In this document: positions 1 through 11,125 of the stretch, piece after piece | Layout: each line of letters begins with the position of its first letter | Numbering within the stretch: the first letter of the stretch is position 1 | NCBI GenBank assembly: GCA_964035575.1 | Contig: OZ037836.1 | Coordinates: 372,001 to 436,000 of the forward strand | DNA from: Rhynchopus sp. YZ270_cl-10 | Taxonomy: Eukaryota | Length of the DNA stretch: 64,000 nt | Reading direction: 5' to 3' | The notes under the pieces: model-generated | What the model was told of the DNA's origin: nothing | The model's input: only the letters and a program-made list of their open reading frames with translations | The model's database searches: none | Position numbers and translations under genes: made by a program

Positions 1-974
1 GAGAGAAAGTTCTTCCCAATTTGCGTCACATTGTTCCACCTAGAAATACCCAGTGGGGTTAATGAGCTGCAGTTGGAGAGAAAGTCGTCCCCAACCCGCG
101 TCACATTCCTCCACCCAGACAAGTTAAGTGTTCGCAATGCGATGCAGTTGGAGAGAAAGTTCCTCCCAATTTGCGTCACATTGTTCCACCAAGAAATATC
201 CAGTGTGGTCAATGCGCTGCAGTTGGAGAGAAAGTAGTCATCAACCCGCGTCACATTGTGCCACCCAGAAACATGAAGTGCGGTCAATGAGATGCAGTAG
301 TAGAGAAAGTAGTCACCAACCCGCATCACATTGTTCCACCAAGAAATATCCAGTGTGGTCAGTGAGCTGCAGTTGGAGAGAAAGGACTCATCAACCCGAG
401 TCACATTGTTCCACCCAGATAAGTCAAGTGTTCGCAATCCGGTGCAGTTGGAGAGAAAGAAGGACTCAATGTGCGTGACGTTGCTCCACCCAGATAAATC
501 AGCAGTGTGCAATGGCCAGTACCCTTGCAGGAAACTCTCGCGTATTTTAGTTACACCTGACACACCACTGAGATCAAGTTCTTTGAACGTGCCACGTACT
601 TTCGAACGTGCCAAGAATTGATTTGGGATCTCAGTAACAACCTCCGCCTGCAGAAACAAATGAATCAGCTTGGGATCTTCCAGACCTTTGAATCTCTCTG
701 GCGTCAGCTCTCTCTCACCCAAGTCACGAAGAGCTGCAATGGCGTCGTCATTCCGAGACTTCGTCTTTTTCGTCAGCACAACTGTGTCCCCAGCACTCAG
801 CTGCGTGACGTAGTCTCCTTCGGCCAGCAGCTTCCCTCCGAAGCTCATGTCAAAGCCGTCTTCGCACAACTCTGCTGCAGACGCCACCTTCCGCCGTATG
901 TCCGCAGTTGTATCATCCACACCCACCTCGATTGTGTACTTCTCTCCGTCAAATCTCTCCACACATATTTCCAT
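1..974 (-). CDS. UBL-LRR family protein, copy 1 (3' end runs off the window)
   Basis: ATG at 974 (MEICVERFDGEKYTVEVG...); nearly identical to copy 2 over the UBL and first LRRs; 72-nt LRR periodicity continues to position 1. Confidence 0.85.
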   Translation of the reverse strand, partial: MEICVERFDGEKYTIEVGVDDTTADIRRKVASAAELCEDGFDMSFGGKLLAEGDYVTQLSAGDTVVLTKKTKSRNDDAIAALRDLGERELTPERFKGLEDPKLIHLFLQAEVVTEIPNQFLARSKVRGTFKELDLSGVSGVTKIRESFLQGYWPLHTADLSGWSNVTHIESFFLSNCTGLRTLDLSGWNNVTRVDESFLSNCSSLTTLDISWWNNVMRVGDYFLYYCISLTALHVSGWHNVTRVDDYFLSNCSALTTLDISWWNNVTQIGRNFLSNCIALRTLNLSGWRNVTRVGDDFLSNCSSLTPLGISRWNNVTQIGKNFL

Positions 975-1549
975 GGTTTCGTGTCTCTCTGTTTTGTGCA
1001 GGTATTTTGGGTGGGGCAAGAAGAAACAACAACAATCAGGTAGAGGATACGTAGGACAATGCCTTGGCATTTATGTAGGATAATATTGTAACGACTTTGT
1101 GGATGTGGCCGTATTTTTGCATGACAGACTTCCAGATTGAACTGGGAAGCAGAAACCCCAAACCCTCCCAGACCCAACGGTCTAACTAACGTTGCATTAC
1201 AGTGTGTGGGGGAGAAGTGAGGAACACGAGAACGTCTCGTGGTGCGCCAACACCGGGTGAAGTGGTACGGGAGTGCTATTTACGATGCCTCCGTTTTGGT
1301 TCGCTCGTATTAGTGTACGCGATTTTCTTTCCTTACTTCAAAAACTCTCTCTTTTTTTCCTGGAAGAAAACAGTTTTCGATAAAAAGCTCCTGCGTCGGT
1401 TTTCTCTTTCACAGGATGCAAAAATATAACAAAACAAAGTGTGCGTAAAAAAACATCACCTGTTTCCTTTATTGAGGAGGTGACGTGATGTACAATTCAT
1501 TCTCTGAACAGCGTAACGAGCAGCTGGCCTCTCGAAAGATGCACATGCC

Positions 1550-2809
1550 TCACATGCACACACATTTGCACTTGGTATCGTCCATCATGAGGCGACCGCT
1601 AGTTACATATTCTGACACAACTCTGCTCGATCCTGTGACGTTGATGCTGCTTGTAGGTATGTTGCATCCTTTTAGGGTGCCTGTCCCAACGTGCGACACA
1701 CTCGTCCACCCAGACAAGTCAAGTGTGGTCAATGCGCTGCAGTTGGACAGGCACGAACGTCCAATCTGCGAAACATTGCTCCACCCAGACAAGTCCAGTG
1801 TCGTTAACGAGGTGCAGCCGCCGAGGAAGTAGTCCTCAACCTGCGTCACATTGCTCCACCCAGATAAGTCCAGTGTTTGCAATGCGCTGCACTCGGAGAG
1901 GAAACAGATCCCAATCCGCGTCACATTGTTCCACCTAGAAATACCCAGTGTGGTCAATGAGCTGCAGTTGGAGAGAAAGTAGTCATCAACCCGCGTCGCA
2001 TTCCTCCACCCAGACAAGTTAAGTGTTTGCAATGCGATGCAGTTGGAGAGAAAGTTCCTCCCAATTTGCGTCACATTGTTCCACCCAGAAATATCCAGTG
2101 TGGTCAATGCGCTGCAGTTGGAGAGAAAGTAGTCATCAACCCGCGTCACATTGTGCCACCCAGAATTGTTCCACCAAGAAATATCCAGTGTCGTCAATGA
2201 GGTGCAGTTGGAGAGAAAGGACTCATCAACCCGAGTCACATTGTTCCACCCAGATAAGTCAAGTGTTCGCAATCCGGTGCAGTTGGAGAGAAAGAAGGAC
2301 TCAATGTGCGTGACGTTGCTCCACCCAGATAAATCAGCAGTGTGCAATGGCCAGTACCCTTGCAGGAAGCTCTCGCGTATTTTAGTTACACCTGACACAC
2401 CACTGAGATCAAGTTCTTTGAACGTGCCAAGTACTTTCGAACGTGCCAAGAATTTATTTGGGATCTCAGTAACAACCTCCGCCTGCAGAAACAAATGAAT
2501 CAGCTTGGGATCTTCCAGACCCTTGAACCTCTCTCGCGTCAGCCTTGTCTCACCCAAGTCACGAAGAGCTGCAATGGCGTCGTCCTTCTGCGACTTCGTC
2601 TTTTTCGTCAGCACAACTGTGTCCCCAGCACTCAGCTGCGTGATGTAGTCTCCTTCGGCCAGCAGCTTCCCTCCGAAGCTCATGTCAAAGCCGTCTTCGC
2701 ACAACTCTGCTGCAGACGCCACCTTCCGCCGTATGTCCGCAGTTGTATCATCCACACCCACCTCGACTGTGTACTTCTCTCCGTCAAATCTCTCCACACA
2801 TATTTCCAT
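1550..2809 (-). CDS. UBL-LRR-CaaX protein, copy 2 (419 aa, ~10 LRRs)
   Basis: Family start MEICV at 2809 (the ORF track extends upstream from a non-ATG codon); UBL-like N-terminus, LxTLDLSGWNNVTxVxxxFLxxC repeats, ends DDTKCKCVCM. Confidence 0.9.
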   Translation of the reverse strand: MEICVERFDGEKYTVEVGVDDTTADIRRKVASAAELCEDGFDMSFGGKLLAEGDYITQLSAGDTVVLTKKTKSQKDDAIAALRDLGETRLTRERFKGLEDPKLIHLFLQAEVVTEIPNKFLARSKVLGTFKELDLSGVSGVTKIRESFLQGYWPLHTADLSGWSNVTHIESFFLSNCTGLRTLDLSGWNNVTRVDESFLSNCTSLTTLDISWWNNSGWHNVTRVDDYFLSNCSALTTLDISGWNNVTQIGRNFLSNCIALQTLNLSGWRNATRVDDYFLSNCSSLTTLGISRWNNVTRIGICFLSECSALQTLDLSGWSNVTQVEDYFLGGCTSLTTLDLSGWSNVSQIGRSCLSNCSALTTLDLSGWTSVSHVGTGTLKGCNIPTSSINVTGSSRVVSEYVTSGRLMMDDTKCKCVCM

Positions 2810-3294
2810 GGTTTCGTGTCTCTCTGTTTTGTGCAGGTATTTTGGGTGGGGCAAGAAGAATCAACAAACAATCAGGTAGAGGATACGTAGGACAATGCCT
2901 TGGCATTTATGTAGGATAATATTGTAACGACTTTGTGGATGTGGCCGTATTTTTGCATGACAGACTTCCAGATTGAACTGGAAAGCAGAAACCCCAAACC
3001 CTCCCAGACCAAACGGTCTAACTAACGTTGTATTACTACAGTGTGGGAGAAGTGGGGAACACGAGAGTCGTCTCGTGGTGCGCCAACACCGGGTGAAGTG
3101 GTACGGGAGTGCTATTTACGATGCCTCCGTTTTGGTTCGCTTGTCTTAGTGTACGCGAGGATGCAAAAATATAACAAAACAAAGTGTGCGTGAAAAAACA
3201 TCACCAGTTTCTTTTATTGAGGAGGTGACGTGATGTACAATTCATTCTCTGAACAGCGTAACGAGCAGCTGGCCTCTCGAAAAATGCACATGCC

Positions 3295-4374
3295 TCACAT
3301 GCACACACATTTGCACTTGGTATCGTCCATCATGAGGCGACCGCTAGTCACATAGTCTGATAGAACTCTGCTCGATCCTGCAGTGTTGATGCTGCTTGTA
3401 GGTATGTTGCATCCTTTTAGGGTGCCTGTCCCAACGTGCGACACACTCGTCCACCCAGATAAGTCAAGTGTGGTCAATGCGCTGCAGTTGGACAGGCACG
3501 AACGTCCAATCTGCGAAACATTGCTCCACCCAGACAAGTCCAGTGTCGTTAACGAGGTGCAGCCGCCGAGGAAGTAGTCCTCAACCTGCGTCACATTGCT
3601 CCACCCAGATAAGTCCAGTGTTTGCAATGCGCTGCAGTTGGAGAGAAAGGAGTGCCCAACCTGCGTCACGTTCTTCCACCCAGAAATGTCCAATGCGGTC
3701 AATGAGGTGCAGTTGGCGAGGAAGCAGTACTTGATCAGCGTCACCTTGCTCCCATATAAGTCAAGTCTGGTCAATGCCCTGCAGTTGGCGAGGAAGTAGC
3801 TGCCAATGTGCGTCACATTGCTCCACCCAGAAAAGTCAACGGTTTGCAATGCGCTGCAGCTGTTCAGCAAGAAGGACTCAATAAGCGTCACATTGCTCCA
3901 CCCAGATAAATCAGCAGTGCGCAATGAGTTGCAGTTGGCAAGAACGCCACTGCAAAGCCTAGTCACACCTGACACACCACTGAGATCAAGTTCTTCGAAC
4001 GCGCTATGTGCCAAGAATCTCGAGGGTAGCTCAGTAACAACCTCCGCCTGCAGAAACAAATGAAACAGATTGGGATCTTCCAGACGTCTGAACCTCTCTG
4101 TGGTCAGGCTTGTCTCACCCAAGTCACGAAGAGCTGCAATGGCGTCGTCCTTCTGCGATTTCGTCTTCTTCGCCAGCACAACTGTGTCCCCAGCACTCAG
4201 CTGCGTGATGTAGTCTCCTTCGGCCAGCAGCTTCCCTCCGAAGCTCATGTCAAAGCCGTCTTCGCACAACTCTGCTGCAGTCGCCACCTTCCGCCGTATG
4301 TCCGCAGTTGTATCATCCACACCCACCTCGACTGTGTACTTCTCTCCGTCAAAGCTCTCCACACATATTTCCAT
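3295..4374 (-). CDS. UBL-LRR-CaaX protein, copy 3 (359 aa, ~8 LRRs)
   Basis: MEICVESFDGEKY at 4374; ends DDTKCKCVCM. Confidence 0.9.
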   Translation of the reverse strand: MEICVESFDGEKYTVEVGVDDTTADIRRKVATAAELCEDGFDMSFGGKLLAEGDYITQLSAGDTVVLAKKTKSQKDDAIAALRDLGETSLTTERFRRLEDPNLFHLFLQAEVVTELPSRFLAHSAFEELDLSGVSGVTRLCSGVLANCNSLRTADLSGWSNVTLIESFLLNSCSALQTVDFSGWSNVTHIGSYFLANCRALTRLDLYGSKVTLIKYCFLANCTSLTALDISGWKNVTQVGHSFLSNCSALQTLDLSGWSNVTQVEDYFLGGCTSLTTLDLSGWSNVSQIGRSCLSNCSALTTLDLSGWTSVSHVGTGTLKGCNIPTSSINTAGSSRVLSDYVTSGRLMMDDTKCKCVCM

Positions 4375-5181
4375 GGTTTCGTGTCTCTCTGTTTCAGGTG
4401 TTTTGGGTGGGGCAAGAAGAAACACACCACTTGCAGAACGGGAGTGGAAGGAGACAAGAAGAAGGCAGACATGTTGCCACTGAGACGATAGATAAACGCC
4501 ACAACCCCTACAAAGATACTCCGCAAGCCATGCATAGTGGGGCAAGACAAAGCAACCAAGAGAGGAAGAGGACAACTTGCAAGTGTGCAGAAGAGTGTTT
4601 GGAAGCTAAGGGTACAAAGGCACTGCGTGAATTGCACCCACGTAGGGGCGAACAACTTTCGTGACCACACAAGACCCACGGGAGCGCCATTAAGAAGAGT
4701 TGACCGTTTTTTGTGTATTTTTTGTTGAAAACCTGCTTGCTGTAGTGACACCTGAGGATAAGCACCATTCTGCCAAGCTGCTTTTGTTGCCACAGTTGTG
4801 CAATATCCATTTACACTTATTTTTTCATTTGCGCTTTGTTCTTGATAAAGTGGCCCCCAAATAGGGGGATGCGTTCAATGAAATCATTTGCGTAGAAAAG
4901 TTTCGAGGCTGTAGGTTTTATTATTTCCTCGCAATACAAAGCCCTCTCCTGACAGTGCACCTGAATGAAATAAGTTTCCCAAATAATAGCGGTTTTCCCA
5001 AATATCCTTTTCTGGGTCCAGTACATAAACCCCCCCCTCTGGGTCCAGTACATAAACCCCCCCCCCACCTAAAAGGTACCCTTTTGTCATTATGGCAGTA
5101 CCTACCGGCCCCTTTCCCACCTCCCTTCTTACCCTTCTTCCAGTCCTTACCTTTATCCCCTCCCACCAGCACACCACGTCG

Positions 5182-5345
5182 TCATTGTACGTGTCTCTGT
5201 CGTTTGCGGGCTTGCTCGGGGGATTTGTCTCTGCTGCGTGTCAGACGTGATTCAACTACAAGCTTGCTCAGCTTCTTGCTACTCCTTACTGCGTCTGACA
5301 CAACACTACTGCAGCCGGAAAGGTAAATACTGGCAAAGGCGAGAT
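5182..5345 (-). pseudogene. Orphan 3' fragment of LRR subfamily B (basic tail ...SPEQARKRQRHVQ)
   Basis: ASIYLSGCSSVVSDAVRSSKKLSKLVVESR... aligns with the C-terminus of the 30674-31396 LRR segment; the 3' flank (5085-5180) matches 30586-30670; no upstream LRRs or UBL. Confidence 0.75.
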
Positions 5346-5679
5346 TGCGGAAGAGGCAGAACGTTTGACCCCACACGGAAGCACCCGGACTGCAAAGCAG
5401 AGCAAGGAAGGGGAAGCTCCGACAGTGAGCCGGAGAAGGCTGACGAAGAACGTCGGCAGGCTAGAAGAATGTCGACTGTCGTACAGCGAGGAGCAACATA
5501 CGCAAGTGGAATGGGTTCACACGCAAAGAATGGACATCTTTCATAAATACCACAGCAAGAGCTGGAAAGACATAGGACAATATCGTAGGAGGAAGGACGG
5601 CACCACTCTATGCAGACGTACCCAAGACAGTGTAAAGGGGATGGGGGACAGTGTGTGTGGTGTGCAAGAGATAATAAAC

Positions 5680-5960
5680 AGTTACAAAGGGGAGAGAGGT
5701 CTTTTGTTTTGTTTTAAAAATCTTGAACTGTATTAGTGTGGACACCCGAGGATGTGCTCCACTATGTGTTCCTTTTGAACGTGGCCACCATCCTTTGGTT
5801 CACTTGCCCTGCTGAGGCAGAGTGGCTGTTCCTCAGTTTTGTATTTTCATGACTTTTCAGTTTCTCTATCCTCTGCGATATGACGCGCAAACACGCCGTT
5901 TTCAATTTGATTCGCAGACCGATACTGACTCACGAAGTTGCTGTGTCAAAAAACACCTTC
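5680..5960. repeat. Dispersed intergenic module (other copies ~39390-39790, 44690-45110, 51210-51600; partial 59470-59500, 62020-62140)
   Basis: Shared text ...tattagtgtggacacccgaggatgtgctcc...gcgcaaacacgccgttttcaatttgattcgcagaccgatactgactcacgaagttgctgtg. Confidence 0.85.
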
Positions 5961-6664
5961 CTCTCCACTGTATTTAGCACGAAGCCTGTCACAATGCAAG
6001 CAGTGCAATGCAACAAACGGTCGAGATATGATCAAGCGTAACGTATATATTTCCTAACATATGCCACAAGTGTTATGTCCCCGAAAAAATGCTCGAGAGA
6101 CTCGATACTCTTTGCTTGTTGCTCAAAAGGCTAAGAACGGGAAGAGGAAAAATTAAGGTTGTTTGTTGTTCGCTTCCACACCACTTCTGTTTCAGAATCA
6201 AGTCTTTTTGGCTGTCCTTACAAGCGCCTGCCAAAACGCTCGCCTCGTGGGTGTGGACTTTATTTTTCTCGACTTGATAACGGTAAATACGCAGATTTAC
6301 GGTTTGAATGTGTTTGCCTGAAGTACAGAAAATGTTGTGGAGCACAAAGGGGGAAAGAGAGGGGGAAAACAAGCGGGGGAGATGGATACGCAGAACGTGC
6401 GACTTTTCACGAGGGTTTCGAGCATTTTGTCAAATACTACGTGTTTACTAAAACAAAAAGACATTCGAATCATATTAACTTAGTATAAAACAACAACATG
6501 CTTGGTTGTATCAGTGTACGCACGCGAAAATGCAAAGAACTGTGCATAAAAAAGAAACATCTCCAGTATCATATTTTTGGTAGGGGCAAAGTGCAACGTG
6601 CAATGTAAAAGTCGTTCCCTGAACATCGCAATGAGCGCCTAGCCTCTCGAAAGATGCACATGCC

Positions 6665-7663
6665 TCACATACACACACATTGCTGTTGCATACTGCGCTT
6701 CATATCGCCAATGAGGTTACGGCTCTGTACATAATCTGACACAACACTGCTCGATCCGGTGATGTTGATGCTGCTTGTGGGTATTGTGCATTCTATTAGG
6801 AAGTTAGTCTCAATCCGCTGAACAGTCGTCAACCCAGATAAGTCAAGTGTTTTCAATGCGATGCAGTTGTCGAGGAAGTTCTTCCCAATTTGCGTCACAT
6901 TGTTCCACCCAGAAATATTCAGTGTGGTCAACGATCTGCAGTTGGAGAGAAAGAAATTATCAACCCGCGTCACATTACTCCACCCGGACAAGTCAAGGAT
7001 TTCCAATGCGGTGCAGTATTCGAGGAAGTAGTCTCCTATTTGCCTCACATTGTGCCACCCAGACAAGTCAAGGGTTCGCAATGCGTGGCATTTGGAGAGG
7101 AAACAGCTCCCAACATGCTTCATATTGCCCCACCCAGAAATAGAGTTGCAGTAGATGAGGAACGCGCTCCCAGTGCGTGCCACATTGCTCCACCCAGATA
7201 AATCAGCTGTGCGCAATGACATGCAGCCGCGCAGGAAAGCTCGATTTATTGCAGTCACACCTGGCACACCACTGAGATCAAGTGCTTCGAACGTGGCACC
7301 TTCCAAGAAGTGATCGGGGATCTCAGTAACAACCTCCGCCTGCAGAAACAAATGAATCAGCTTGGGATCTCTCAGACCTTTGAACTTCCATGTCGTCAGC
7401 CTTGTCTCACCCAAGTCACGAAGAGCTGCAATGGCGTCGTCCTTCTGCGACTTCGTCTTCGTCAGCACAACTGTGTCCCCAGCACTCAGCTGCGTGATGT
7501 AGTCTCCTTCGGCCAGCAGCTTCCCTCCGAAGCTCATGTCAAAGCCGTCTTCGCACAACTCTGCTGCAGTCGCCACCTTCCGCCGTATGTCCGCAGTTGT
7601 ATCATCCACACCCACCTCGACTGTGTACTTCTCTCCGTCAAAGCTCTTCACACATATTTCCAT
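6665..7663 (-). CDS. UBL-LRR-CaaX protein, copy 4 (332 aa, ~7 LRRs, one shortened)
   Basis: MEICVKSFDGEKY at 7663; ends MKRSMQQQCVCM. Confidence 0.9.
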   Translation of the reverse strand: MEICVKSFDGEKYTVEVGVDDTTADIRRKVATAAELCEDGFDMSFGGKLLAEGDYITQLSAGDTVVLTKTKSQKDDAIAALRDLGETRLTTWKFKGLRDPKLIHLFLQAEVVTEIPDHFLEGATFEALDLSGVPGVTAINRAFLRGCMSLRTADLSGWSNVARTGSAFLIYCNSISGWGNMKHVGSCFLSKCHALRTLDLSGWHNVRQIGDYFLEYCTALEILDLSGWSNVTRVDNFFLSNCRSLTTLNISGWNNVTQIGKNFLDNCIALKTLDLSGLTTVQRIETNFLIECTIPTSSINITGSSSVVSDYVQSRNLIGDMKRSMQQQCVCM

Positions 7664-8006
7664 GGTTTCGTCTCTCTCTGTTTTGTGCAAGGTGCTTTGG
7701 GTGGGGCAAGAAGAAACAACAACAAACAGGTCGAGGGGCATTTATGTAGGATAATATTGTAACGACTTTGTGGATGTGGCCATATGTTTGCATGACAGAC
7801 TTCCAGATTGAACTGGAAAGCAGAAACCCCAAACCCTCCCAGACCCAACGGTCTAACTAACGTTGCATTACAGTGTGTGGGGGAGAAGTGAGGAACACGA
7901 GAACGTCTCGTGGTGCGCCAACACCGGGTGAAGTGGTACGGGAGTGCTATTTACGATGCCTCTGTTTTGGTTCGCTTGTATTAGTGTGGATGCAAAACGC
8001 GAGGAT

Positions 8007-9172
8007 CAGTGTATTCTTTGGGCCGGTTGGGGGGGGGGTCAGTTTTCCCAGCTGGGTTGTGAGGTGTTTCCTCGGCGTGGTGTAAAAAGCTATATTTTTA
8101 CACCGTACCCAAAAAATTTTTCGCCTGCGGCGCCATTTATATTGTTTTTTTTTTTTTGCTCCGCAAAAAAAAAAACATACAAGTTCACTATGTTCAGGGT
8201 TCTAGGTCCAAAAAAAAAAAGGGGAAACGGAAAATGTGTTTTAAAAAAAAATTTCCGCGCTGCGCGCGGAAAATTCCTACCCCACAACAGCCCCAAAAAA
8301 TTGATGCTACCCATACGTAATGTCAAGTCGAGGACATCCTTCGCATAATGGAGAGGGATAACCCGATTCCCAACGAACTGCCGGACAATCTCCTAGGGGT
8401 GATCATCCAAGAATGTGTGGCACGAAAGAATCGTGCACCCGAACCTCACCTATGGTGATGATGATGATGATCTGTGACAGTCGACTAGAAAAGCGACACA
8501 AAGATGCACTTTGTATTCTTTGTTCAGGAGCAGGGGACCTATCTAGGTTCGCCCAAGTTCCTGGCGAAGCCACGGTACGCAACATTTATAAAAATGTTGA
8601 CATAAAATGGCACGGTCGCTAGTAATTCTCATCAGTTTCCGTAAATTTTACTTACGTATTTTGCTAAAACGAAAGTTTCTGGCGAAGCCACGGTACGCAA
8701 CATTTCCAAAAAATACGCTTAAAATTGCACTTTTTTTACAGCCAAACTATGTCATGGGAAGGGTTGTTGTAAGCTTGCGCCGCAGGCGCACGGTACGCTA
8801 CTTTTTTTCTTTCGCCATGATGCATGCTTCCTTTTCCTTCTGAATGCGAGCATTTTTGTAGGGGAAATTGAGATTTTTTTGGGTAGCAAAAAATTCTGTT
8901 GTGAGTGAATGTAGGAGGGACCCACGGTTTCTGGGATTATTTTTTGGGGGGCACCTGGGTACTACCCCCCAAAAAAATGAAATCCCCCCCAAAAAAAAAA
9001 AAACCGGATTTAACGGAAAATGTGTTACACATTTTCCGTATACTATACCTAGGACCCTGCTATGTTCCAATGTCTTCCCTGGTTGTGCTGAAAAAAAAAT
9101 TGGGCAAAATAAATAAATTTAACAAACTGACCCCCCCCAAACTTAAAATCTGGATTCCTGGATAAGACACTG
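8007..9172. mobile_element. Non-autonomous hAT-like DNA transposon (1166 bp)
   Basis: Termini CAGTGT...ACACTG; 8-bp TSD gcgaggat at 7999-8006 and 9173-9180; empty site at 3155-3162 in the paralogous intergenic region; subterminal inverted motifs ttggggggggggtcagttt / aaactgaccccccccaa. Confidence 0.85.
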
Positions 9173-9324
9173 GCGAGGATGCAAAAAAACAAAAAACAAA
9201 ACAAAGTGTGCGTAAAAAAACATCACCAGTTTCTTTACCAGTTTCTTTTATTGAGGAGGTGACGTGATGTACAATTCATTCAACAGCGTAATGAGCAGCT
9301 GGCCTCTCGAAAGATGCACATGCC

Positions 9325-10290
9325 TCACATGCACACACATTTGCACTTGGTATCGTCCATCATGAAGCGACCGCTAGTCACATAGTCTGACACAACACTG
9401 CTCGATCCTGTGACGTTGATGCTGCTTGTAGGTATGTTGCATCTTTTTAGGAAGTCTGTCCCAACGTGCGACACACTCGTCCACCCAGACAAGTCAAGTG
9501 TGGTCAATGCGCTGCAGTTGTAGAGAAAGAACTCACCAACCCGCGTCACGTTGTTCCACCCAGAAATGTCCAATGCGGTCAATGAGGTGCTGTCCAATGC
9601 GGTCAATGAGGTGCAGTTGGCGAGGAAGCAGTGCTTGATCAGCGTCACCTTGCTCCCAGATAAGTCAAGTCTGGTCAATGCCCTGCAGCCCTGGAGGAAG
9701 TAGCTGCCAATGTACGTGACATTGCTCCACCCAGATAAGTCAACGGTTTGCAATGCGCTGCAGCTGTTCAGCAAGAAGGACTCAATATGCGTCACATTGC
9801 TCCACCCAGATAAATCAGCAGTGTGCAATGCGTTGCAGTTGGCAAGAACGCCACTGCAAAGCCTAGTGACGCCTGGCACACCACTGAGATCAAGTTCTGA
9901 GAACCTGCCACATTGTAAGAAGTGATTGGGGATCTCGGTAACAACCTCCGCCTGCAGAAACAAATGAACCAGATTGGGATCTGTCAGACCTTCGAACCTC
10001 TCTGACGTCAGCTCTCTCTCACCCAAGTCACGAAGAGCTGCAATGGCGTCGTCCTTCGGCGACTTCGTCTTCACCAGCGTCTTTTTCGTCAGCACAACTG
10101 TGTCCCCAGCACTCAGCTGCGTGATGTAGTCTCCTTCGGCCAGCAGCTTCCCTCCGAAGCTCATGTCAAAGCCGTCTTCGCGCAACTCTGCTGCAGACGC
10201 CACCTTCCGCCGTATGTCCGCAGTTGTATCATCCACACCCACCTCGACTGTGTACTTCTCTCCGTCAAATCTCTCCACACATATTTCCAT
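9325..10290 (-). CDS. UBL-LRR-CaaX protein, copy 5 (321 aa, ~6 LRRs)
   Basis: ATG at 10290; internal in-frame 24-nt duplication (TSLTALD-STSLTALD); ends DDTKCKCVCM. Confidence 0.9.
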   Translation of the reverse strand: MEICVERFDGEKYTVEVGVDDTTADIRRKVASAAELREDGFDMSFGGKLLAEGDYITQLSAGDTVVLTKKTLVKTKSPKDDAIAALRDLGERELTSERFEGLTDPNLVHLFLQAEVVTEIPNHFLQCGRFSELDLSGVPGVTRLCSGVLANCNALHTADLSGWSNVTHIESFLLNSCSALQTVDLSGWSNVTYIGSYFLQGCRALTRLDLSGSKVTLIKHCFLANCTSLTALDSTSLTALDISGWNNVTRVGEFFLYNCSALTTLDLSGWTSVSHVGTDFLKRCNIPTSSINVTGSSSVVSDYVTSGRFMMDDTKCKCVCM

Positions 10291-10634
10291 GGTTTTGTGT
10301 CTCTCTGTTTTGTGCAAGGTGTATTCAATTGGGGGTAAGAGTACGCAAGAGACAACAAACAGTTAGGGAGAGGTCTTTTGCTATTTTATTTCCCAACCCA
10401 ACAACAACAATATAGCGTGAAGACAATAAATAAAATCAAAGCAGAATAAATTTAGGTTTTGTGAGGCACTCAACGAGTGTGCCGGCTCTGTGGCGTCACG
10501 GAGCCACCAACACTCCCCAGTCATTTTTCCTGCGCTTCCAGGAAAACTCGCGTTTGCGACCAGGCTATAAACGAAAAAATTTAATTCACAGCAAACAGGT
10601 GTGAGGGAGAAGAAAAGAAAGTGAACAAAAACGA

Positions 10635-10833
10635 AAAATTATTACGCGTCCACTCGACGTTTGGATAAAGAAAACTAGAGATGAAAGGGGGTTTGGGGGG
10701 AAGAGTTTAATTCTTGAACGCATCCCCACACTCAGTCACACACACAGGAAAAAGGTTTACGAAATACTTGTAAATTTTGGGTAATTTGGTGTTTTGCTTC
10801 CCAAAAGCTCCTTTTTGTAGTTCCGACGGACCG

Positions 10834-10864
<31 letters not shown>

Positions 10865-11125
10865 GAAAAACACCAAACGCTGTTCACAATAATGAACGAA
10901 AAATTGACAATTTTCCTGATGAAGATGTAATGTATGTGCGAGAGATGGGGAGCACGGGAGGGAAAAAACGACTCGTGGATACTGAAAAATTTCACTAGAA
11001 ATGCGCGCATGTCTTATAAAAATTATTACGCGTCCACTCGACGTTTGGATAAAGAAAACTAGAGATGAAAGGGGGTTTGGGGGGAAGAGTTTAATTCTTG
11101 AACGCATCCCCACACTCAGTCACAC
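10635..11125. repeat. ~105-bp direct repeat pair (10635-10742, 11020-11125); third copy at ~40288-40390
   Basis: aaaattattacgcgtccactcgacgtttggataaagaaaactagagatgaaagggggtttggggggaagag... repeated. Confidence 0.85.

Noticed and set aside
1150..1175. Telomere-like aaaccccaaaccct motif
   Set aside because: Only two imperfect units, part of a dispersed intergenic module
31..4491. Many + strand ORFs over LRR genes (FHPDKSSV..., MRCSWRE...)
   Set aside because: Antisense frames of the repetitive LRR genes
4375..4575. N-terminal extensions of family ORFs given by the ORF track
   Set aside because: They mostly begin at non-ATG codons and are not conserved in frame among copies; the conserved start is MEICV
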